Of a stretch of DNA of 64,000 nucleotides, positions 40,330 to 53,198 are shown piece by piece (positions within the stretch are counted from its first letter, which is position 1; each line of letters starts with the position of its first letter). Under the pieces are notes generated by a model, which searched no databases, was not told the origin of the DNA, and was given only the letters and a program-made list of their open reading frames with translations. The position numbers were made by a program, and so were the translations under genes. Source of the DNA: Camelus dromedarius (taxonomy: Eukaryota); the NCBI RefSeq assembly GCF_036321535.1, contig NC_087436.1, forward strand, positions 38,752,001 through 38,816,000, written 5' to 3'.

Positions 40330-42090
40330 TTTTGGGGGGTGTTGTTTTGCTGGCTGTTACCTTCTCCTCTCTCCCCAAGCCTCAGCGCTGCCTTCCCATC
40401 CCCACTTTCAGCTGGTGGCCTTGCTTACTGCTTCAGTGAATAGGAAAGCAATGAGAGGACTGCTCTCACAGGAGAAGTTCCCCAGTCTCTTTCCCCCTGA
40501 GTTTACATCCTCTGGTTCTCCTTTTACTTGAACCATGTGTGAAGTAGCGAAAGTCCATCTCGCAGTTGTGCACCAGATCTCATCCCATCCCATCTGCCCA
40601 AAGACACTGCTGGGCAGCTCTCCCCTCAGTGTCCAGAATCACCAGAATTCTCCTCTGCCAAAATGGTTTATCAGCGTACAAACACACTGTCATTGCTCCC
40701 ATCTTAAAAACAAAAGCAAACACTCATTGGACTACACATCTCCTTTCAGAGACCACCCTTTTCTCTGACCACCGTTAGAGCTAACCTCTTTGAGACAGTT
40801 GTCCACATTGGCCATTTTCATTCCCTTCCATTCTCTCTTGAACATACTCCACCAAGCCTTCATCCTCCCCACGCTATGGAAACCACTCTTGGCAGGGTCC
40901 ATGGCTTCCTTAGGGCAAGAGCTGGTGATTGTTTCTCAGTTCTCATCTCACCTGGCCTGTCAGCAGCATGTGACATTGTGAGTGATCACTCATTCCCCCA
41001 GGACAGACTGTCTTCACTTGCTTTCCAGACTACACACTCCCCACTTTTCCTCCTGTCTCTCTGTTTCCTTCACTTGTTCCTGCTCATCACAACAATGCTC
41101 AGTGGCTCAGCCCTGGACCCTCTGCTCTGACTACACTTGCTCCTTTTACGATTTAATTTACTCCCATTGGCTTTAAATACCACTTATGTGCTGATCAGAC
41201 TTACCTTGCAGTTGTACCATTTCTTCAATATGAACTCACATTCAACAGCTTACTTGACTTCTCTACCTGTATCTGTCTAACAGGCATCTTGAACTTAATA
41301 TCTCTAAAACGTCACTCCCGAGCTTCCTTCCCACCAAACCTGCTCCGTGCTCATCTCCACCGCAGTTAACAATGTCTCTATCATCCCAGCTATTCAGGCG
41401 AAATTTCTTGAAGCCATCTGTCCCTTCTTTCTCTTTCCCTCAGGAGACACCCAGTTCATCAGCAAACACTGTTGGCTTTCCCCCCTCAATCACTGCCCTC
41501 CACCTGCACTTCTACTGCCCTGGTTCAAACCATCAATATGAAGCGCCTGAACTATTAGAGTAGCCTCCTAACCAGCATCCCTGCTTCTAGCCTTTAACTC
41601 CCTACAGTCTATTCTCAATACAAATTTTATAAAACATGCTAGATCTCATCCCTCCCCTGTTCAAAGCCCTCCAGTAGATTTACACTGAACTCTGTAAGAA
41701 GGGTCCTGATGCCCCTCTGATCCCACCTTCTGTTATCTCTCCACCCCTCAGCTAGTCCTCCAGCACACTGGCAGTCTTGCTTTGCTGTTTCTCAACAAAT
41801 CAGGTAAGCTTCAACCCCCAGGCCTTTGCACTTGCTGTTTCCGCTGTCTTGGAAGTCTCTTCTCCTAGTTATCCACAGGGCTCACTCTCTCATCTTCTTT
41901 AGGCTTTTACTCAAATGGCATCTCAGGAAGACTTTCTTTGGCTATCCTCGTTAAATATCAGCCATTACGTCCATCTGTGCTATGTTTTCCCCATAACACT
42001 TAAGTACTTAATCACCATTTGATATACTGTATTAACTTACCGGTTTATTTCTGTTTCCCCTCCTTAGATGTAAGCTCTGTGAGAGCAAGG
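40330..42090 (+). mobile_element. L2 LINE, long 3' portion
   Basis: ggctttaaataccacttatgtgctgat, ggcatcttgaacttaatat, ggcctttgcacttgctgtttcc, gatgtaagctctgtgagagcaagg. Confidence 0.85.
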
Positions 42091-42139
42091 TGAGGCAAGA
42101 ATGCTTCACAAAGGAGGTGACATTTAAACTGCATCTATG

Positions 42140-42270
42140 GGGGAGAGGGTATAGCTCAGTGGTAGAGTGCATGCTTAGCATGCACGAGGTCCTGGGTTCA
42201 ATCCCCAGTACCTCTATTAAAGTAAAGAAATCTAATTACCTCCCCCCAAGAAACAAACATATAAATAAAT
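42140..42270 (+). mobile_element. tRNA-Ala-derived SINE, Vic-1-like (camelid)
   Basis: ggggagagggtatagctcagtggtagagtgcatgcttagcatgcacgaggtcctgggttcaatccccagtacctc with A box (tagctcagtgg) and B box (ggttcaatccc), A-rich tail, perfect TSD aaactgcatctatg at 42126-42139 and 42271-42284. Confidence 0.9.
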
Positions 42271-42439
42271 AAACTGCATCTATGATGTGCAGTAATCTAG
42301 TTTACCTAAGAACTTCTTTTTTCAGAAGTGTTTCTTTGCCATAGCAAAGCATGGTGACCAAAATAGATTAACAAATGAAGGGATCTCAAATAGAAATATA
42401 ATCAAGGCTACCTGGTCAATGACAGTAGGATTAGGATCT

Positions 42440-42620
42440 TCCTGCTGACACTTGGAGATCAGTAATAACTGTTTTTGTTGATATTATCATCCCCCTTTTG
42501 GATGAGGAAATATGGACTTGGTCAAGTTAAGGAAATTTCCCAACATTACATCTCTATTAAGTGGCAGAGCTGGAGTTCAGATCCACATCATCTTATTCTA
42601 AGGTTGCATTTTTCTCACCA
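42440..42620 (-). mobile_element. MIR SINE
   Basis: attatcatcccccttttggatgaggaaat...aagtggcagagctggagttcagatcc. Confidence 0.7.
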
Positions 42621-45600
42621 TCAAATAATAATTACCATCTTTCATCTTTATTAATGACTGTACCTGAAAAGACACCAACCAACTCTTTTACTATTTTAGC
42701 TTTTTGAAAATGCAGATTATGAACTGGAATAATAATAAAATCTAGAGTTGCAAGCAATGATTCCAAATTAATTACTTTGTATACGAGCAGGCACAGCTGT
42801 GTAGAGGAGGGCATGTCTCTTTGTGCCGGTGACACCTACATCTAGACAGGTGTCTGTCTGCAACTGAGCTTTCCTACCTTTTCAGGCTTATTTTCCATTT
42901 GGAGAAAAAACTAAACTTAGAGATAAAATATTATTATAGGCTATATTCTCTGTGTGAAGGATTTGTTGAATATAAAAGAATTATAAACACACACACACAT
43001 TTTTTCCCCTGGATCTCTTAAGCTAAATACTGTGGGTATCCAGCTTCTTGTGGTGCTGATGCAGTTAGATGGACCAGTAGAGGCAAGAGTGGTGATCTGA
43101 ACACTTAGTTCAACTCCTGTTAATAAGAAGGTATTCTGTCAACCTTTGATACCAACTTTAATTTGTAAATGAGATTCAGCCTGTTGGTGTTTTGATCCAA
43201 ACTTACTCTGTGCCACTTTGGCTGTGTTTTTTCTCTGCTGTTTGTATTAGGTCCACATCATGGGCACACCCCTCTACCCTGTAATTATCAGGAAGCTTTA
43301 CTAGCATAGTATCTGGCTGGGCTGTAGAAACATGGACCTGTTGTAAGTGCAGACAGCACTGGAACACGTTCCATCCTGGTTTTAATAGAGTCCAAATCCA
43401 ACAGCAGTGTCCAGGGTAAGCCTGTGCTTTGCAGGCCAGCACCTGGCAGAATGCAGTACACCACCCTGAAAATAAATCTTAGTTATTAAATAGATCCAAG
43501 GCTCTGAAGTCATTTTTGGCAATGTCAGTGTAAAGGTGGGCACAAACAGTGATAGGATTATTCTAATACAAAGTATAGTGTGTACAATAGATATTGAGTA
43601 CACAAATTTTTAATTGTTATTTTGGACTTTTCCCCAATTAGGCAGAGAGAGTTTGAAAGAGTTTCAACTGTAGCAAAAACGACTTGGTCTTGAGTACTGG
43701 CTTAAGATGAGTGGTTCCTTGAGCAACTTTCTTTACCTCTGTGTGCCTTCGGTGATTTGCCTGTGATGTTTCAACATGAAGTACAAACACACAGGGGACT
43801 TGACTGTTGTAATGAGACAAGGAATGTGACAGTGCCCCCCCCAGAGCTCATCACCTAGTGGAGGTTTAGGAAACGTTTGTCTCCTCCCTTTGGAATGTTG
43901 CAAGGCCAGACAAAGGGAGGAATGGAAAGTTAAATAACAGCAGTAAACGCTGAGCATAGCCTGCCATGGGAAAGACAGCAGGCCCTCTTCTGCTATGTAA
44001 CCTTTGTGTCTCTGCAGTTTTTAAAGGGCATGGAAGGAGACTGCTCACAATGTTATGTGCTGCTCTGTCTCAGGCCTGAATCTCCATAACCCAAGGGACA
44101 GAAAGGTCTAAGAAGAAGGCAGCAGGTCCCTATGGTCTAGGTTTAAGGTCACCTCATTGCTTAAAATCTGGTATGGCAGAGAGCTTGGTATTTAGCAGGG
44201 AAGATTTTTTTCTTTTCTTCTCTTTTTTTTTTTTTTTTCGTGTGTGTGTGTGCAAAGGGATAAGATTAAATGCTAGGATTAAGAATTATGCCCAGCATCC
44301 CCTTGTGTGGAAGAAATCCAGTCTCAGGTTGGCACCAGCCCCACTGGATGTTCCCAGGACAGGACAGCTACTGACCCCCAGAAGCGGACTTGTCCTGGCC
44401 TGAGCCAGGGAACATCCGTCCTGCCTGTGAGCACAAGGCAGACGGTCAGGACCTTAGTCTGCTTCCCTGTTACTAGGACAGCTGCAAACTCAGCATGTGA
44501 ACCACCACTTTCAGATATCATCAGCTTTTATGAATTTACTTTTCAGCCAATTAAATATTACTTTTTGAAAACCAGGTTAAAGTTTACATTCAGTGAAATA
44601 CACAGATCTTCATGTACAACTTGATGAGTTTACAAATTATGCATCAGTGTAACTCACACCCTAATCAAGATAGAAAACACTTTCATCGCCTCTGTCAGTG
44701 CCCACAACCTGTGGGCAACACGGTTCTGGTTTCTGTCACCATAGGTTAATACTGCTTTTTCTTGAATAAACTGCTTAATTTTGAAACTGCATTGTTATCT
44801 ATTTTCCCCTGAAACATAAGGCTTCTCATGTTACGTAAGTAGTTCTTGAGTATGAAAACATGTCGTAAGATTTATAATCAAAGTCCAAGAAAACAGAACT
44901 TTTCACAGCCACTCTGGATTTGTCTTTGTTTCTTAAAGTTATAGTTTTGAAACAGTTCCATTCCCTTTCATGAAAGCACACTTTAACAAGACAAGCAGAT
45001 GGGGTCTGAAGACAGTGCAGGATGTACTGGACAACCGCCGGTCTTCATGATTCCTCTAGTTTAAAACAAGAGTGCTTAAGAACCTGTATTTTATGGTGGT
45101 GCCGGTTTCGCTTTCCCCTGAAGGGGAGTAGTAGGGGAAAACGGAGCCTTTGGGATCAGAGCTGGAGAGCATCTGCGTCTGCACATTCTCAGACTACCTA
45201 TTTAGCTTTTCTGAACATCAGCTGCCCTTGTGATAAAATGGGAATGATAATGTCTACCTGAAAGGGTTGTGGCAAAAGTTAGATCGACTAACAGATAAAG
45301 TGCCTATCACGTTTCAGGCCCTCCCTTTTTTTAAATGGCAAGCTTTTTAGCATTATGAGTTCTTCTTCTCTTTTTTTGGTATAGGAATGGATTTATTAAC
45401 TATATTAGAGATACTGGCCATTGATTATATATTTCTGGTGCCAGTTATCTTCGGGGCACTGCTATTTATATCTTGCAACATCCTAGAAGCTTCTTCTCTT
45501 CACCTTGGCTGCCACTTTGCAGCCACCCAGGCTGTAAGACTAACCTAAAAGCATCACTTCTCCTGTATTCATACTTATCTTGCCTCCCACTTCTGAAAGA

Positions 45601-45699
45601 TCCATAAACATACCCTTGAGAGAAATAGGTGTGGCAAAATGCTTGTCTGTACAAATGGATGAAATTTAGGATCACAACCAAGTCAAGTCAGTCTTACCA

Positions 45700-46140
45700 G
45701 TCATTTAAAGAAGTACCAAAACTAGATGCTCAAATTCATTATTGACAATAAAAAGGTCAAAATTGGCAAAGATACGCAGAAGCAACACAGAAGAGGAATA
45801 CCAGCATAGCCAATAATAACTAAAAAGCTGTTCATTCTCTCTTGTAATCAGGAAAATGCAAGTTAAGGCAACTGTGAGATACATGTTTATACCTAACAGA
45901 TTGACAAAGATTAAAAAGCTGGTTAGGATGTGAGGTTTACAAGAGCTTTTATACATTGCTGATAAAGGTGTAAATTCCTGTAGTCCTTTGAAGATTTCAT
46001 CACATAAGCTCTTACACATGTGCACAAGGAGACCTATACAGAGATGTTCATTGTAGATTGTTTGTAATAGCAAAAAAATTACAGATCACCCAAACATTTG
46101 GGGATCAAACAAGTAAAATTTGGCATGAAATACAATGGGA
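45700..46140 (+). mobile_element. Ancient L1 (L1ME-like) ORF2 3' fragment
   Basis: taatcaggaaaatgcaagttaaggcaactgtgagatac...agagatgttcattgtagattgtttgtaatagcaaaa. Confidence 0.7.
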
Positions 46141-46212
46141 CTGGGAAGGGGAAAGTCCAATTTAATGTTATCTTAATTTAACTTTAAAAAAGAGGAAACA
46201 TTGCCAAGTATT

Positions 46213-46400
46213 AACACTTAGTAGTTCTATGTCAATGGCTCTCAAAGCGTTTTTTGTCCCTAAATCAGCAGCATTTGGCATTACCTGAGAACTTTTAGTA
46301 AAACAGATTCTCAGGCTCCCACCCAGCTCTCTGAATCTGAAACTCTGGGGGTGGGATCCAGCCAGGTGTGTTTTATTTAGCAAGCCCCACTTTACCACTA
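46213..46400. mobile_element. MER5A-like hAT MITE
   Basis: cagcagcatttggcattacctgagaactt...tctgaatctgaaactctgggggtgggatccagc...tttagcaagccc. Confidence 0.75.
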
Positions 46401-47333
46401 CTCTTCTTCGTGACAAGGACATGGATGTTTAGCATCTCATTCTCTGATTTTCTGTATTTTTAAAATTAAAACTCACAACCTCAAGCTTTTCTTTCCCACT
46501 CCCCCAAAGACCTTTTAGGCTGTAAGCTTCAACTCCATAACAAAAGGCTTATTAAGAGTATAAACTTCTTACTGCCACATGGAAGTTCTTGGATGTGGGC
46601 AGATCTCTTAATACCAAGCAAAGGGCGGAGAAAAAAATGTGCAGATAGTACTAACTATTATTCAAATGTGAATCATCCAGTAAGTACATCACCCTAAACA
46701 AATCTAATCCCTCCGATACTTTTCCCACAATCATCAACAACAAATATCAAGTATTGAGTATATTCAGAACAATGCAAAATACTGATGTTTCCATAAAGCA
46801 TAAGCTATAAATCGTGTCCTTAGAAAAACAATCTTATTGCAGATTTAGGATGTGAGTAGAGAAAATGAGGGTAAAGATGAGTGTATCAGATGTATAGCAC
46901 ACACAACGGCCACACAGGATTTCAGAGGCGTTTGAAGGGAAGCTTTTTGGAGACTCAGCCTCAGTGGAAAAAGTGGAAGGCAATATTTCAGGGAGTGATG
47001 TGAACAGTGGTCATTGTAGCATTCTCATTCAAAGATGCATGTGAGTGATTTTAGTTCAAGCAGAGTGTTTGGAATCAGAGTCTTCAGTTTTTGTCCTATA
47101 GACCGATGGATGAACCATTGCTCATTGGAGTAATAAGATAATTTGTATGTGCAAAACAGTGTTCCCAGAAGATAAATTTGGCATTAGTGTCAAAGATGGA
47201 CTGAAGTTGAGAAAACAACCGTGAGATGTCAGGGCTTTCAAAGAAAGTGAGGATTTAGATGGTGAAACACAAAATACAGTATTGGGTGAGAGTGAAGAAG
47301 GAATAGGAGCATGTGAGAGTAATTCTAATGGAA

Positions 47334-47829
47334 TGTATTAATTTCTTATTGCTGCAAAAAAAAAAAAAAAACTAGCAGAAATTTAATGGCTTAAAACAAC
47401 ACATGTGTATTATCCTCAGTTTTGGAGGTCCAAGTCCAAAATAGTTCTCACTGGGCAAACACAGAGTGTCAGCAGGGCTGTGTTGCTATGTGGACTCTCT
47501 AGGGAAGAATCTATTGTCTTGCCTTTTCCTGCGTCCACGGGCTGCCCACATTGCTTGGCTTGTGGCCCCTTCCTCATCTTCAAAACCTGCAGCTGAATCT
47601 TAAAATCTCCGACTCTGACTCTCCTGCCTCCCATTTTCCATCAGAAGGATTCTTGTGATTACTTTGTTGAGCCTGTTCCTTTTCTCCCCAGATGATTCAG
47701 ATTATCTCCCTATCTCCAGATTCTTAACTCTCACATCTGCAAAGTCCCCTGTCATTTAAGGCAGCACATTCACTGGCTCCAGGGATTAGGATGAGGACAT
47801 CTTTGGAGGCCATTATTTTGCCTACTACA
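47334..47829 (-). mobile_element. Complete MaLR solo LTR (MLT1D-like) with perfect 5-bp TSD
   Basis: TGTATTA...CCTACTACA termini; TGGAA at 47329-47333 and 47830-47834; internal ttggcttgtggccccttcctcatcttcaaa. Confidence 0.9.
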
Positions 47830-47982
47830 TGGAATATGACCATAATTTGCTGATTGCTAGGATTTGGAAGAGAAGTGAAAAAGCCTTGTTTGGTCATGTC
47901 AACCGTCGCAGTTTCATTTTGTCTGTAAAACATGGGTGGGCAAGATGACGGGGATGGGATTCCCTTCCATGTGTTACATTCT

Positions 47983-48128
47983 GACTAGAATGTCAGCCCC
48001 ATGAGGACAGGGATTTGTATCTATCTTACTCTCTACCTGTCATCTTCATCGTCTAGAACAGTGACTGGTACATAATAGGCACTCATTAATTATGTGTTGA
48101 ATAAAATATTTGTTACTGAATGAATGAT
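47983..48128 (+). mobile_element. L2 3' end
   Basis: ctagaatgtcagccccatgaggacagggatt...ctggtacataataggcactca...gaatgaatga. Confidence 0.75.
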
Positions 48129-49992
48129 CAAGTCAAGGAAAGCTTGAAAGAGCACTGGAGAGAATTCTCCACTGGCTTCTGTCTATGTTAAATTCCCATC
48201 TTCTTGGTGAAGTAAAGCTTTGGGCTCAGGTTATATGTGGTCTGATTATGATAGAGACATTCTGCGGGTGGGAGAGACGGGTAACTAAGAATTGTTGAGC
48301 CTGTTCCTTTTCTCCTGTGCTTTTAGCCTCCATGCTGAGCATCCCCTGGAGCCCTGAGTGGGAAATGTATTGGGACTGATGTATGGCCTCGGTGAGGGTC
48401 TGGGGCAGCTGCTGATTAAAGAAGAAATTGCTCACTGTGGTGATGATCACTTGGCCCTGAAGCAACCAGCTGTCACATTCCTCACTGCTCACCCATTGAG
48501 AGTCAAATCTTGCCCTTTGCATTCCTGAAAGAACACTTGACCCTGTGAGGATACAGTATTCATTTATGCTGTGAAAAGTGCCAGTGCAATAGAAAAGAAG
48601 CTTCTTTGTGCTTAAAAAAAAAAATAGCATGAAGTTTAGGTGTTTGAGGATACTGCAGGTAGGCAGCAGGTAGGCAGAAGTGACTGGGCTTTCTGATACG
48701 GAAGCTGGCATTTTCAGGGGCTTTGTCTCTCAGAGGTCTGACATACACTTGCCATAAAAGCTGTCTTTGAAAACTGACATTTAAAAACCTATGGTGAGCA
48801 GTTCCTTGGCTTGAAGAAAGTGAATTAATTTGTTTAAAGGAGCAATAGATGGTAGAAGGGAAGGCTTTGTATCAACACAAGGAGGGCAGAGGGTGCTGGT
48901 TTTGCTTAGGATCCTTGAAATGCAGAGAATCAAGGTCTTTTTATCTTTTATTGTCTTATTTGACCTTGGACAAATGTTATACCTTTTCTCTGATTTTTAG
49001 CTGTTATTTTCATCAGTGCTTTTTAAAAAAATGTCTTCCACCTGGGGATGGAGGCCCATGTATGTATTAGATATATGTTCCTGGCCTAATAGTCTCTTGA
49101 AAGAACTTGTGTTTTTTTTTTAATCTATTAATTATATTTACTTATTCATCCCTTAAGCAAATTAACCTCTAATATCTAAATCTAGAAAATTATTAGTGAG
49201 AAATAATTGGTTACCAGAAAGGATGAAAAATTCATTGTTGGAAGTCCTCATTCCATAAAGCTGCCTAATGATTAATGTCTTGCTCTAATAGTTCAGGGGG
49301 AAAATTAAATATAGTGAAGAGCTGGTGTTCAAGGGGTACAACATAGGTTTTGAAGCCTGTGAACAAGATTCCTGGTTAGTCTGCCAGACTGAACAGATGC
49401 GGAAGACCACCCACCGTCCATTCTGCAAACAAGTAGGAGATAAAATTTCACCAAAAGCAATTTTAAAAATTACAGATGATCTCAAGAAAGGGAAAACCTC
49501 AGGTGTCAGAAGCAAAGAGGGGAACCCAGGGGAAGCAATGTGAGTGACCAAAGGCCAGATGGGCTGCAGAGATGTGAGATTCAGGTAACATCTGCAGGTA
49601 GAGGTGATGAGCCCCCTCTGCTGGTACAGTGGGGGCAGGGAGGTGAAACTAAGCTCCCAGGGGAAGCCTAGATCTGTTAAGGTTCCACTCATGGAATGAG
49701 GCCTATAAAGCTCCACCAGCAGCCAGAGGAAGCAGCAAGGAAGTGTGCTTCTGCCGGCAGCAGCGAGAGAAAGAAGAGACACCTGTGAACCCTAAGAGCC
49801 ATGCCTGTGCCCCACACGGATATGGAGCTCAAGTTCATATCACCAGTGAGCGCCAGACAGGCAGCACATCGCTATGCCTGACACTTCATGATTAGGGGAC
49901 ATGAGGCTCCCAGGGGGAACAGTCCCTGCTGTGGATGAACTTATGCTCGAAACTCAGTATGTTTAAAGAGATGAAGGACAACAGACACTGAT

Positions 49993-50473
49993 ATTTTTCT
50001 TTTAATTGAAGTTTAGTTGATTTACAATGTTGTGTTTCTGGTGTACTGCATAGTGATTCAGTTATACATTTTTATATATTTTTCATATTCTTTTCCATTA
50101 TAGGTTATTACAAGATATTGAATGTAGTTCCTTATGCTACACAATAGGACCTTGTTATTTATCTATTCTATGTATAACAGTTAGTGGCTGCAAATCTGGA
50201 ACTCCCAGTTTATCCCTTCCCACCCCCTCCCCCCCGGTAACCATAAGTTTGTTTCCTGTGTCTGTGAATCTGTTTCTGTTTTGTAAATAAGTTAATTTGT
50301 GTCTTTTTCTTTTTAGATTCCACATGTAAGTGATACATGATATTTGTCTTTCTCTGTCTGACTTCGCTTAGTATGGCAATGTCTACATCCATCTATGTTG
50401 CTGCAAATGACATTATTTTCTTTTTAAGGCTGAATAGTATTCCATTGTATATATATCACATCTTCTTTATCAA
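49993..50473 (-). mobile_element. 5'-truncated L1, same family as 38978-39495, opposite orientation
   Basis: Reverse complement aligns by eye with the 39 kb copy (gtggaatctaaaaa, aacttatttacaaaa, ataaactggga, tataatgRaaaagaatatgaaaa). Confidence 0.9.
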
Positions 50474-53027
50474 GCACTAGTATTTAAAGAAAAAAAAAAG
50501 GAGGCAAAATAGGCAAGTTTGAGAAAAGAAATAGAGACTCTAGAAACGGAAACTAGTTATTGAACCACATGAACACTGTTGTGTTGGTTGAAAATCCTGA
50601 ATAATGGCTTATATTTAGTATGGCTTCTGGGACATTATTCTTTTACACAGAGAAAACTTTTCAGCCCACAGTTAGAAAAATGCCTACCTATATATGCTCC
50701 CAAGTGTAAACGTGCAAACTGAAACAGAAGCTGAAATTGGGGTACAGGGTAATAAAGGGAGAGCTCTAGGAACACCCCCATGTGCACTGAAACAGCCTTG
50801 TTTGAAATGCTCTTCTACGTAAGTGAAGGCAGGATGCTGCAGACCTACTGAGAACAGACTATGTCTACTTTGCTTCTGCTTTTCTAGTACAGGCTGATGG
50901 TCATTGACTCTCCATAAAATTTCTACCCCCTTCCCTCCCAACTCCCCCCAGCACCCCAAATCCATGCAGAGACCACTGACTGGGTTAAGGATATCCGTAG
51001 ACTGCAGCCTTGGACCACAGTCAGCTAAGTGTCCACAACCAGCTGTCCTCTGGTTCTCAAGGAACTATAAGACCTCAACTAAACAACATCTTATCACTTT
51101 TACCAGAAAATGCATTGTGCCGTTGATTTTTCTCTTTTCTTTTAAGACTTTGAAAAAAGCTATCATCTCACTGTCAGTGTATGGTGATATCATGATGGAG
51201 TAAAATGTTAATACAGTTTGATTATTAGCCATTTAACAAATAGCTAGCTTTGTGTCCCATTACAGTTCTGAGTGAGCAGGAACTCTACTTTCTTGCTTAG
51301 TCCATTGCCTCACACAGCTCCAGGTACACAGCATATCAATACATACTTTTTTATACTACATAATTATCTGAGAAGATTTGCCTAACAGTCTCTTTATCTG
51401 CCTTAAAGTCATCTTCCTTAAAACAAAGATTTAAAATTTAAGTCTTTTATCAAACCATTTATTAGAAATAAAAACTCAAATGTTATCCCTTCTGAGAAGC
51501 CTTCTCTTTTGTGTGTTAGGTCCCCCTTCTGTGCTCTTAGCATTTGTATCATGAAACTGATTATACTGTCCCACGTGCTGTAAGTGTATGTTTATGGTTT
51601 ATGTATCACCCTTTCTTGATCCTGAGCTTCTTTTGGGTAGTCTTTCTCCCATTTTGTATCACTCCTTGGTACACAGTAGGCATCTCAGTGTTTGTTGAGT
51701 AAAAGGATGAACCCTTAAAATAACCAGGTTTTTCTGGTACCACCATGTATTAGACCCCAGGGACCCTCAAGAGGCTCCTTTCAGATATACTCAAGTGAAC
51801 GTGCCTCGTTGGAGTCCAGACATTTTGGTCTTAGAAAAAAGCTTTTGTAAGCATTTAGTCGTTGAGATTGTAGCATCTAGAAATCTACCCAAGAGCTAAA
51901 AAGTGTACAAAAATAAGGACAAATTGAACTAAGGATAATAAATAAGTACAGGATAATTGGATAATTCTGCTTTTTAAAGTTGACATCCCTTTGTCATGGG
52001 ATGAGGAGGAAACGTGTTAAGAACAGAAAACTACATCAGACAAGAATGTGTTTCCCCTTCTTTGCTCTGCTATCTGGGAGGGGAATTTTATATCCATTTC
52101 TTAAAGCTGAGGAACTAGAGTGAGCTGAGAAAAAAAAGGATGAACCATCCACACAAAACCAAGGGCTTTATATTTCTAAAGTATAACCATTTGGAGAATA
52201 ATATGTTTTTCCACTGATACTAAATTGCAGAAGGAAGGAAAGAATAGAATTTATAAGCAGTAAAGAGGAAGCAAAAGTAGGGTTAAAGGTCTTTATAAGA
52301 CTAAGGTAATAACTCAAAGTTGGAGCTAAATGGTAAGTAAAATACACTTTTAAGGAGAAAGATGAGAAGGTTCTTAAAAGTCTTGCTAAATGTTTTGTGG
52401 AAACTTAAGACATACTTCCAAAGTTTAGCTCAGTCTTCTTAAGATTCAGTTTGTCTTTCAAACACTTTCTGATTTGAAATAAGGCTCAGTCTGTTAACTC
52501 CTGTTTTGATTTTTCTTTCCCCAAAAATAAGTCTGTTGAAGGTTAGATAATTTTCAAGGGCAGAAATTTCAAAAGAAGTTGGACAACATCCCTACATTAG
52601 GAATTATTTTTAACCTAATTGGTCCTCCTGCATTTTAAATTCTGTGATTGGCCATTGGTCTTGTTTCATTTTTTGTAAAAGAGCATTTAGCCCATTTGGA
52701 ATATTATATTTAAAACTAATATAAAATGTTCATTTTATCATATATTTTATTTGAAATGTGATATAAATTTAGTGTTTATTTTCTATTCAAAAACCATGAA
52801 ATATATTCACATAAAAAGTGATTGCCAGTAGTTTCTTCCACAGTTCAGCGTGAAATCCCAGAATCCCAAATACCCAAAGTTTGAGACCCAAGAAGTTAGA
52901 AACATTTGAACTCTTAATAGGAAAGAAGAATGTACAAAATGATACGGAACTGGTTAAAATGCTGAGTGGTTTGTTTGATTTTGTAGCTTATTGTTATTTT
53001 AAAGCTCATGTAGAAATTCTTCTGTAA

Positions 53028-53198
<171 letters not shown>

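Noticed and set aside
42140..42215. Apparent tRNA-Ala(AGC) gene
   Set aside because: It has an A-rich tail and perfect TSD, so it is a SINE head, not a tRNA gene.
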